A stretch of 15,651 bases of DNA from a bacterium (GTDB taxonomy: Bacteria; Krumholzibacteriota; Krumholzibacteriia; LZORAL124-64-63): contig JANOEP010000057.1 of assembly GCA_031441465.1 (NCBI GenBank), positions 1 to 15,651 on the forward strand, in the 5' to 3' direction. A program made the position numbers and the translations under genes. Shown here one piece after another: positions 1 to 6,965 of the stretch. Each line of letters opens with the position of its first letter. Position 1 is the first letter of the stretch. The notes under the pieces were generated by a model. That model was not told the DNA's origin. It saw only the letters and a program-made list of their open reading frames with translations, and searched no databases.

Positions 1-129
1 CCCTGCTACGCGGCTCCCAACGAGACCTTCTCGTTCGCAGGGCGCGTCTCCGGCGGCAGCGGCACCGGCTTCGTGTGGGAGATGGTCGAGGGGCGGTCGG
101 GTCGTCGAGCTGGTCGCCAACCAAGTTGA
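1..129 (+). other. Partial reading-frame fragment (frame 1), possibly from a surface/Ig-like protein; appears truncated near nt 100
   Basis: Frame 1 reads PCYAAPNETFSFAGRVSGGSGTGFVWEMVEGRSG with mostly G/C-ending codons. It then degrades (RRAGRQPS*) at ~100, where frame 2 becomes the coding-like frame. Confidence 0.3.
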
Positions 130-178
130 ACTGGACTTCCACTTCACCCCGAAACCACTCGGCGAAATCAAGGGATGA
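101..178 (+). CDS. 3' end of an unknown gene ([25 protein letters not shown]), translationally coupled to the next ORF
   Basis: Frame 2 has coding-like codons from ~101. Its TGA (176-178) overlaps the ATG (175-177) of the next ORF as ATGA. Confidence 0.45.
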   Translation, partial: VVELVANQVELDFHFTPKPLGEIKG

Positions 179-687
179 ACGCACTCACCTATCCCCTGCG
201 CCCGATCAACGGCGGGCCGCTGCCCAAGTCGGCCCCCAAGACCGGGGACTGGACCTACGAAGCGAAGGTGAACGGCTGGCGGGCGCTGGTCCATTGCGAA
301 TCGGGACGGATGTTCAACCGGAAAGGTGAACCGCTCTCCATCGCCGGCCAGTTCGATGGCGTGCTGAACGCGCTCGAAGGTGCGTGCAACGACCCGGCCC
401 TCGAATGGCTCGACTGCGAAGCCTTCGAGCGGCGGCACGCATTGGGCAAGGGCTCGCTCGTCGTGCCGGGGCAAACGCTCGGCATCGTCGAATGCGCGCC
501 GGCAGCCTACATCGCGGTCGCCGCCAACGAGGCGGAGAAGGCGGCCGACATCAACATCCTCGAGGTGCGGGCCTTCGGCAGTTTCGGCCGGGTCTACATC
601 GGCGGGGAAGAGAAGGACGTGGAGGCGGCGCGGCCCGCGGCGGTCCAGGCCCTGGCGGCCCTGACCGGACGCGAGCACGCCACGTGA
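175..687 (+). CDS. Chimeric ORF: N-terminal ATP-dependent DNA ligase-like nucleotidyltransferase fragment (aa 1-~97) fused to the C-terminal part of a BMC-T shell protein (aa ~92-170)
   Basis: N-part: motif I-like YEAKVNGWR, motif Ia-like FNRKG, motif III-like WLDCEA. C-part: [52 protein letters not shown], the signature of the second domain of permuted, stacking BMC-T proteins (CcmP/CsoS1D-like). Confidence 0.8.
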   Translation: MNALTYPLRPINGGPLPKSAPKTGDWTYEAKVNGWRALVHCESGRMFNRKGEPLSIAGQFDGVLNALEGACNDPALEWLDCEAFERRHALGKGSLVVPGQTLGIVECAPAAYIAVAANEAEKAADINILEVRAFGSFGRVYIGGEEKDVEAARPAAVQALAALTGREHAT

Positions 688-721
688 GGTGCAGGACCCC
701 ATCCCCCGAGGGAGGCTCGTG

Positions 722-1018
722 ATGTCGGATGCTCTGGGTATGATCGAGTGCCGCAGTTTCGCGGCGATGGTCGAAGCGGCCGACGCGATGGTCAAGGCGG
801 CCCGCGTCGAGCTGGTGAGCTACGAGAAGACCGGCGGCGGCTACACGACCGTCGTGGTGCGCGGCGACGTGGCCGCGGTCAAGGCGGCCTGCGACGCCGG
901 CCAGACGGCCGCCGCCCGCGTGGGCGAGGTCGTGGCCGTGCACGTGATCGCGCGCCCGCACGCCAACGTGGACCTGATCATCCCCCTGGGCCGCCAGGTG
1001 GAGACGGGCAAGAAGTGA
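722..1018 (+). CDS. BMC-H hexameric shell protein (EutM/PduA/CcmK family, Pfam00936)
   Basis: [29 protein letters not shown]...[19 protein letters not shown]...[16 protein letters not shown] at 711-715 supports ATG 722 rather than GTG 689. Confidence 0.97.
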   Translation: MSDALGMIECRSFAAMVEAADAMVKAARVELVSYEKTGGGYTTVVVRGDVAAVKAACDAGQTAAARVGEVVAVHVIARPHANVDLIIPLGRQVETGKK

Positions 1019-1046
1019 CCCCGCGCAGCGGGTCCGGGAGGCGGCC

Positions 1047-1346
1047 ATGAATCTCGCGAAGGTGATGGGCACCGTGGTGGCCAGCCAGAAGGACGAGAAG
1101 CTCGACGGCCTGCGCTTCCTGCTGCTGGGCACGGCCGGCCCCGATGGCCAGCTGACCGGCGGCTCGGTGGTCGCGGTCGACTCGGTCGGGGCGGGCCCGG
1201 GCGAGTACGTGCTGTACGCCTCGGGCTCCTCGGCGCGCCAGACGCGGGTCACCGACGGGCGGCCCGTCGACGCCGTGGTGATGGCCATCGTCGACAGCTG
1301 GGAGATCGAGGGCGAGGAGCGGTACCACAAGGGCCGCGACGGTTAG
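1047..1346 (+). CDS. BMC-P pentameric vertex protein (EutN/CcmL family, Pfam03319)
   Basis: [21 protein letters not shown]...[16 protein letters not shown]...SGSSAR...[19 protein letters not shown] at 1037-1041. Confidence 0.96.
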   Translation: MNLAKVMGTVVASQKDEKLDGLRFLLLGTAGPDGQLTGGSVVAVDSVGAGPGEYVLYASGSSARQTRVTDGRPVDAVVMAIVDSWEIEGEERYHKGRDG

Positions 1347-1364
1347 CACAGCGAGGGAGCGGCC

Positions 1365-2813
1365 ATGAGCGGATTGAGCGACCGTCAGGTCGACGAGATC
1401 GCCCAGCGGCTGGCGGCGCGACTGCGCGGTGGCGGGGGTGCGACCACCGCGGCGGTGCACGAGCCGGCGGCAGCCAACGAGTCGCTGGGCGACGGCGTGT
1501 TCCCCGACGTGGACCACGCCGTCGAGGCGGCGACGACGGCTTTCCGCCGCCTCGGCGAGGCGTCGCTGTCACTGCGCGAGACCCTGATCACGGCCATCCG
1601 CGCCGCCATGCTGCGCGAGGGCGAGGCCCTGGCCCGCCACGCCTGGGAGGAGACCGGCCTCGGCCGCTTCGAGGACAAGGTCGTCAAGAACCGGCTGGTG
1701 ACGCTCAAGACGCCCGGGCCGGAGGCGCTGCAGCCCCGCACCTGGACCGGGGACCGCGGCCTGACGCTGACCGAATGGGCGCCCTTCGGCGTCATCGGCG
1801 CCATCACCCCGACCACCAACCCCACCTCGACGATCATCTGCAACACGATCGGCATGGTGGCCGCCGGCAACAGCGTCGTGTTCAACGTGCACCCGAGCGC
1901 GCGCGCCTGTTCGATGCGCACGATCCGCCTGATCAACCGCGCCGTGGTCGGCGCCGGCGGTCCGCCCGACCTCGTGACGGCGGTCGCGACTCCCACGGTG
2001 GCCTCGGCCCAAGAGCTGATGCAGCACCCCGGGGTGCGCCTGCTGGTGGTGACCGGCGGCACGGCGGTCGTCAAGGCCGCGATGCGCAGCGGCAAGCGCG
2101 CCATCTGCGCCGGGCCGGGCAACCCGCCGGTGGTCGTGGACCGCACCGCCGACATCGCCAAGGCCGGCGGCGACATCGTGCGCGGCGCCTCCTTCGACAA
2201 CAACGTGATCTGCGTGGACGAGAAGGAGGTGTTCGTCGAGGCCGCGGTGGCCGACGCCCTGGTCGCGGCCATGGTGCGCCACGGGGCCCACCGGGCCAGC
2301 GCCTCGGACCTCGCCCGCCTCGAGCGCACGATCTTCAGCGAGACCCGTGGTCCCGGCAAGCCGGCCGTGATGGAGAAGTCCCTGATCGGCAAGAACGCCG
2401 GCGAGATCCTCGCCCGCGCCGGGATCTCGTGTTCCGGCGACCCGCGGCTGGTCGTCTGCGAGGTGCCCGAAGACCACCCGCTGGTGTGGACCGAACAGAT
2501 GATGCCGGTGTTGCCGGTGGTGCGCGTCGCCGACGTCGAGCACGGCATCGAACTGGCCCGCCGCGCCGAGCACGGCTTCGGCCACTCGGCGTCGATGCAC
2601 AGCCGCGACATCGCCGCGCTGCACCGCATGGCCCGCGTCATCAACACCAGCATCTTCGTCAAGAACGCGCCCATGTACGCCGGTCTGGGCGAAGGCGGCG
2701 AGGGCTACACGAGCTTCACCATCGCCAGCCCGACGGGCGAAGGCCTGACCGGGCCGCTCAGCTTCAGCCGCCAGCGCCGCTGCACGCTGGTGGACCACTT
2801 CAGGATCGTGTGA
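1365..2813 (+). CDS. BMC-associated CoA-acylating aldehyde dehydrogenase (EutE/PduP-like) with N-terminal encapsulation peptide
   Basis: Motifs PFGVIGAITPTTNP, LLVVTGG, AGPGNPPVVVD, catalytic Cys in SFDNNVICVDEKE, EQMMPVLP, SFTIASPTGEG and RRC. N-terminal amphipathic helix LSDRQVDEIAQRLAARL followed by a Gly/Ala linker. Confidence 0.95.
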   Translation: MSGLSDRQVDEIAQRLAARLRGGGGATTAAVHEPAAANESLGDGVFPDVDHAVEAATTAFRRLGEASLSLRETLITAIRAAMLREGEALARHAWEETGLGRFEDKVVKNRLVTLKTPGPEALQPRTWTGDRGLTLTEWAPFGVIGAITPTTNPTSTIICNTIGMVAAGNSVVFNVHPSARACSMRTIRLINRAVVGAGGPPDLVTAVATPTVASAQELMQHPGVRLLVVTGGTAVVKAAMRSGKRAICAGPGNPPVVVDRTADIAKAGGDIVRGASFDNNVICVDEKEVFVEAAVADALVAAMVRHGAHRASASDLARLERTIFSETRGPGKPAVMEKSLIGKNAGEILARAGISCSGDPRLVVCEVPEDHPLVWTEQMMPVLPVVRVADVEHGIELARRAEHGFGHSASMHSRDIAALHRMARVINTSIFVKNAPMYAGLGEGGEGYTSFTIASPTGEGLTGPLSFSRQRRCTLVDHFRIV

Positions 2814-3421
2814 TGAATACAGACGCCCTCGCCCTGCTCGAATACGACAGCCTGGCGCTGGGCATCGCGGCCGTCGACCGCATGCTCAAGGCCTCCCCCA
2901 TCGCGCTGTTGAAGTGCGGCACGGTGCACCCCGGCCGCTGGCTGGCGCTGATCGGCGGCACGGTGGCGAGCGTCGAGGCGGCCTACGCCGCCGGTGTCGA
3001 GGAGACCGAGGACGCGGTGCTGCTGCGCGACCCCCACCCGGGGCTGCGGGCGGCGCTGGCGGGTCGGCCCGCCGGGCTGCGGCCCGACTTCGCGCTGGGC
3101 GTGCTGGAGACCGACTCCGCGGCTTCGATGCTGAAGGCGACCGACACGGCGCTGAAGGCTGCGCCGGTGGGATTGGCCGAATTGCGCCTGTGCGATGACC
3201 TGGGCGGGCGCGGGCTGGCGCTGCTGCACGGCGAGCTGGCCGATGTGCAGGCGGCGCTGGCGGCGGGCTGCGACCTCGTCGCGCCGACGGGGCGGCTGAG
3301 CGGCCGCACCCTCACCCCGCGGCTGGACGCCCACTTCTGCGGTGTGCTGAACGCCGGGACCTCGTTCCGCGACTGCGTCGCCGCCGAGCCGGCAGGCGCG
3401 GAAATTCCGGAGGGACGCTGA
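2813..3421 (+). CDS. BMC-T tandem-domain shell protein (PduT-like, single-layer trimer type)
   Basis: Starts at the TGATG overlap with the aldehyde dehydrogenase stop. Domain 1: ALALLEYDSLALGIAAVDRMLKA...TVHPGRWLALIGGTVASVEAA. Domain 2: ALGVLETDS...ATDTALKAAPV...LGGRGLALLHGELADVQAAL. This is the C-terminal 202 aa of listed ORF 1775..3421. Confidence 0.93.
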   Translation: MNTDALALLEYDSLALGIAAVDRMLKASPIALLKCGTVHPGRWLALIGGTVASVEAAYAAGVEETEDAVLLRDPHPGLRAALAGRPAGLRPDFALGVLETDSAASMLKATDTALKAAPVGLAELRLCDDLGGRGLALLHGELADVQAALAAGCDLVAPTGRLSGRTLTPRLDAHFCGVLNAGTSFRDCVAAEPAGAEIPEGR

Positions 3422-3720
3422 TGTTCCTGGGCAGGGTGATCGGCACGCTGGTGGCCACCACGGCGAGCGAGGGGATGGCGGGGGTGCCGCTGCTTTGGGT
3501 GCAGCCGCTGGGTTCGGACGGGGAGCCGGCGGGTAAGCCCTTCGTCTGCGCGGATGGGACGCGCATGGCGGGGCCTGGGGAGACGATCTACTGGGAGGCG
3601 AGCAGGGAGGCGGCGCTGACGTTGGAGCCTAGCTTCGTGCCGGTGGATCATGCTGTGGTGGGGATCGTGGATGACCGGCAGCTCGACGTTGTGCCGGCGT
3701 CCCGGGGGGGACGGCGATGA
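3421..3720 (+). CDS. BMC-P vertex protein (EutN/CcmL family), second paralog
   Basis: MFLGRVIGTLVAT...LLWVQPL...VCAD...AGPGE...SREAA...PVDHAVVGIVD. TGATG coupling with the upstream gene. Confidence 0.93.
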   Translation: MFLGRVIGTLVATTASEGMAGVPLLWVQPLGSDGEPAGKPFVCADGTRMAGPGETIYWEASREAALTLEPSFVPVDHAVVGIVDDRQLDVVPASRGGRR

Positions 3721-3995
3721 TCCTGGGACGCGTGGCCGGGCGCATCGTTTCGACGATCCATCATCCTTCGATGGCGGGGCGCAGTTTGCTGATCGTCGAC
3801 AAGGTTGGGGCTGACGGGGAGTTGGCCGGCGGTTATGTGATCGCTGTGGATGCGATTGGCGCGGGGTGGGGGGAGACGGTGCTGGTGCTGGATGAGGGGA
3901 ATGGGGCACGGCAGGTGCTGGACGCTCCCGGTGTGCCGGTGAGGTCGGTGGTTGTCGGAGTGGTGGACGATTATCTAGCCGTCCACCCCTATTGA
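3717..3995 (+). CDS. BMC-P vertex protein (EutN/CcmL family), third paralog
   Basis: MILGRVAGRIVSTIHHP...VIAVDAIGAGWGETVLVLDEGNGARQ...PVRSVVVGVVD. ATGA coupling. Confidence 0.93.
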   Translation: MILGRVAGRIVSTIHHPSMAGRSLLIVDKVGADGELAGGYVIAVDAIGAGWGETVLVLDEGNGARQVLDAPGVPVRSVVVGVVDDYLAVHPY

Positions 3996-3996
3996 G

Positions 3997-5016
3997 TCAC
4001 TCTTCCAGCAACGCGCCGGCATTTTCGTCGGATATAATCATTCCAAGATAGGATCGAATCCTGCCACGATCGATTTCAAGGTAGCTGTGGGTCCCGTAGA
4101 GAAACGTGTAATGGCCGTCATCACAGGCGCTCAGGAACATCAGGTGTCTGCTTCCACTCTTTACGTTTGGGAATAAGTTATTCACATCTGGATATGAAAT
4201 GCAGCCATCACCGCCGATGATCACACGCTCCCCGGCAGCTCCCTTCACGACTCGAAGCGCACGAAACACGCTGTTCGCGTGCGTCACTTCCCAGGCGACC
4301 TTGTGACTCAACTCGCCCTCGATGACCAAGTCAGCCATCTCCAACTGATGGTTCAGGCTGATGATCCCAGCGTGACGGAGGATAGATTCCCGCACCCCAT
4401 CTTCACTACAGTCATGATAGCCATAATGCGGACTGGATGTATAAAGGATCATCTCTGGATACGCGAAGAGCGCGCCATAATACGCATGAGGCATGAAGAT
4501 GATGCTATCACCTGCGACAGGGTATGATGTCGCGCTCAGCGTTGTATCCTGAGGATTTCCATATTCCATGAACTCCACTTCGATCTCACACGCCGGCATC
4601 CCCCAAAATACCTCCTCTACCTTGACGACACCTTTCGCCGAAATGCGCCTAGAACAACGGGGTTCGATTGTTGTGAACATCACGTGTCTCGGCGGTTCGA
4701 TTTCACGGATGACACCGGACACGCAGTACTCTGCATTGACCAGCCTTGAGGAGATTGAGGCGGGCGAGTCATGATCGCCAACCGAGTGCAGCCACTGCTG
4801 ACATTGAGGATCGGGCTGATCGACGGTATGGAATGGATATTCCTGCACATCACTGCTATCTACTCTTGATATCATATCCCTGAGGCTCAGATCGCTGGAG
4901 TCTGCATCGACAACCGGAATGCCTGCCGCGGGCAATCCGATACGATTCGCGGCGAGGCAGTGCGAAGCCAGCAGAACGGAAATGAAGAGACAGGAGAATC
5001 TTCCAGATAGACCCAT
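3997..5016 (-). CDS. Hypothetical secreted protein, lower GC, with two internal repeats resembling an NTR/TIMP-like beta-barrel pattern
   Basis: Long ORF in a visibly AT-richer segment. ATG at 5016 gives a signal peptide (MGLSGRFSCLFISVLLASHCLA). Repeats: AEYCVSGVIREI...VKVEEVFWG...GDSIIFM and ADLVIEGELSH...FRALRVVKG...GSRHLMFL. Confidence 0.75.
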   Translation of the reverse strand: MGLSGRFSCLFISVLLASHCLAANRIGLPAAGIPVVDADSSDLSLRDMISRVDSSDVQEYPFHTVDQPDPQCQQWLHSVGDHDSPASISSRLVNAEYCVSGVIREIEPPRHVMFTTIEPRCSRRISAKGVVKVEEVFWGMPACEIEVEFMEYGNPQDTTLSATSYPVAGDSIIFMPHAYYGALFAYPEMILYTSSPHYGYHDCSEDGVRESILRHAGIISLNHQLEMADLVIEGELSHKVAWEVTHANSVFRALRVVKGAAGERVIIGGDGCISYPDVNNLFPNVKSGSRHLMFLSACDDGHYTFLYGTHSYLEIDRGRIRSYLGMIISDENAGALLEE

Positions 5017-5041
5017 GGTCCCATCCCAGTCGATCAAGTGA

Positions 5042-6322
5042 TCAAGCCTGCGCCCTCTCCAACAACCGATCCAAATACCGCGATTGCAACTGCTCCCCCG
5101 CCAACGCCCTCTTCACCGGCGGCAGCTTCAAGATCGCCCCGAACACCGCCGCCAACGCCCGATGGCTCCACATCGCCCGCTCGTCCCAGATCAAATCCTG
5201 CAGCTTACCCCGCTCGACCGCCATCGCCACGTACCGGTGCGCCGAAGTGACCGGCGTGATCACCCGCGCCGCCCGCGGCTTCAGCCTCATCCCGTCGCGC
5301 GAGCAGTTGCGCACGCAGACGCCGCAGCCGAGGCAGCGCTCGGCGTCGAGCACCGCCTTCGCGCGTCGGGGTGCCGCGGCGTCGCCGGCCGACTCCAGAC
5401 CCAGCGCCTCGACGGGGCAGACCGCCACGCACTTGCCGCAGCCGTTGCAGTTCCCCTCGTCGATCTCGGGCAGCCAGTTCGTGGTGTGCACGGGTTGCAG
5501 GATCGCGAAGCGGCGGGCGGCGATCATGGCCTCGCAGCAACAGCCGCAGCAGTTGCAGATGAACCCGACCTCGCGCTGCACGTTCTCCCCGAACTGCACC
5601 AGGTTCGCCTCGTGGGCGCGGTCCAGCAGTTCCAGACCCTCGACCCTGTCGACGCGGCGGGCGTGACCGTGGCGGATCAGCGCGTCGGCCGTGCCGCCGA
5701 AGGTCATGCAGATGTCCAGCGGGGCGTCGCAGGCACGGCCCAGGTGCTGCATCTTGTGCCGGCAGTAGCACAGGCCTACGCCCATGTGCCGGGCGCCGCG
5801 GACAACTTCGCTCGCGCGCTCGTGGTCCAGGACGTGCAACGCGTCCTCGGAGGTGAGCACCGGCTCGTGCACGAAGACCCGGCCGAGCTGCGTCTCCCCC
5901 TCGGTGAAGAGGGCCTTGATGAAGTCCTCCTCCACGTTCAGGTACTGGTAGTACAGCTCGCTGAGCAGCTTCTGATCGAGGTCGTCGCGCACCCGCATCA
6001 GGGAGAACTCGAAGAAGCCCGCCATCGGCGGCGGCAGGGCATAGCGGACGCCGCGCTTGCCGGGCAGGTCCACGAGCATGGCCCGCGACGCCAGCTCGTC
6101 CAGGACAGCACTCGCCGCGGCGGGATCCATCCGCCAGATGCGGGCCGCCTTCGCCGCCGTGAAAGGCTTGATCGGCAGGCCGGCGATCAGCTCCGCCTCG
6201 CGCTCGGAAACCAGCTCGCGCAGGATGCGCTCCAGCAGCGCCGACGGCGGCGCCCCCTGGGGGAAGCGGTTGAGGCGCTCGACCATGCGGTCGTAGCCGG
6301 ACTTCAGGGTGTGGTGGGCCAC
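5042..6322 (-). CDS. Cys-rich 4Fe-4S dicluster domain-containing protein
   Basis: Ferredoxin motifs CNGCGKCVAVCP and CLGCGVCVRNC, plus CYCRH...CD...IC and ICNCCGCCC. GTG start with RBS AGGAG. Confidence 0.9.
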   Translation of the reverse strand: MAHHTLKSGYDRMVERLNRFPQGAPPSALLERILRELVSEREAELIAGLPIKPFTAAKAARIWRMDPAAASAVLDELASRAMLVDLPGKRGVRYALPPPMAGFFEFSLMRVRDDLDQKLLSELYYQYLNVEEDFIKALFTEGETQLGRVFVHEPVLTSEDALHVLDHERASEVVRGARHMGVGLCYCRHKMQHLGRACDAPLDICMTFGGTADALIRHGHARRVDRVEGLELLDRAHEANLVQFGENVQREVGFICNCCGCCCEAMIAARRFAILQPVHTTNWLPEIDEGNCNGCGKCVAVCPVEALGLESAGDAAAPRRAKAVLDAERCLGCGVCVRNCSRDGMRLKPRAARVITPVTSAHRYVAMAVERGKLQDLIWDERAMWSHRALAAVFGAILKLPPVKRALAGEQLQSRYLDRLLERAQA

Positions 6323-6352
6323 AGGATCTCCTGCCGTTCGTCGCCAGCGCCG

Positions 6353-6772
6353 TCAATTGAGCGAGAAGTCGGGTGGGAACACGGTCACGATGAACAGGAT
6401 GCCGCACAGCGCGCTCGTGAACGCCATGAAGACGGTCTTGCTGAACGAGTAGCTGAGCGCTTCCACGCCCATGATCCGCCCGTACGGGAGCGCGATCTCG
6501 GTCCCGCTGCGGCCCACGCCTTCCCGGACGAAGATGCGCAGCGAGTCGGCTTCAGTGGCGCGCACGGTCCCCTGCAGCCGCCCGCCGTCGACCAGAACCA
6601 GCTTCACCCTCTGTCCCGCCGGCAGTTCCTCGCGGATCCGCTCGCCCCAGGTGCGGGCGTCGTGCACGAGCAGGTACCCCTTGGATGTGCTGCACCCGTT
6701 CAGGACGAGCAGGAAGCACAGCGTGGCGACGATCCGCTTGTCGTGGTCGACGAAGCCGCCCATACACACCAC
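6353..6772 (-). CDS. Putative lipoprotein with an Sm/SH3-like beta domain and C-terminal transmembrane helix
   Basis: KR + hydrophobic stretch + lipobox LNG/C. Core GQRVKLVLVDGGRLQGTV...DSLRI...ALPYGRI, then a C-terminal hydrophobic helix. RBS GAGGTG before GTG 6772 (alternative ATG 6763). Confidence 0.7.
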   Translation of the reverse strand: MVCMGGFVDHDKRIVATLCFLLVLNGCSTSKGYLLVHDARTWGERIREELPAGQRVKLVLVDGGRLQGTVRATEADSLRIFVREGVGRSGTEIALPYGRIMGVEALSYSFSKTVFMAFTSALCGILFIVTVFPPDFSLN

Positions 6773-6882
6773 CAGTCACCTCATTGAATGGTCGAACCGA
6801 TACCGCATTGTACGGCGGCCCCGCGTTCACCGATACCTCCGCGTGGATCGCCTGGACCCAACCAGAACTGAATAAGGATTAC

Positions 6883-6911
6883 TTTACTCCAATATGCCGA
6901 CGTGGTAGAAT
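6883..6911 (+). promoter_or_regulatory. Sigma70-type promoter for the TSP3-repeat gene
   Basis: -35 TTTACT (6883-6888), 17-bp spacer, extended -10 TGgTAGAAT (6903-6911), preceded by an AT-rich tract in a divergent intergenic region. Confidence 0.7.
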
Positions 6912-6965
6912 ATCGATGATGCCGCACTGGCCCAGGTCGTTCGCCATCAGCCCGGAGGCCCCGCC

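Noticed and set aside
175..465. Functional DNA ligase or intact prophage
   Set aside because: The ligase fragment stops before motifs IIIa-V, and no other phage genes, integrase or att sites are visible.
1775..2812. N-terminal 346 aa of ORF 1775..3421, suggesting a giant BMC-T fusion
   Set aside because: This is an Arg/Pro-rich alternative frame of the aldehyde dehydrogenase. The real BMC-T starts at the TGATG overlap at 2813.
722..3995. Assigning eut/pdu/ccm gene symbols or calling this an ethanolamine, propanediol or carboxysome locus
   Set aside because: No signature enzyme (EutBC, PduCDE, RuBisCO) is present, and shell families alone do not define function.
1385..6787. Antisense ORFs 1385..2674, 1569..2798 and 5084..6787
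   Set aside because: They lie opposite well-supported genes and show no family motifs.
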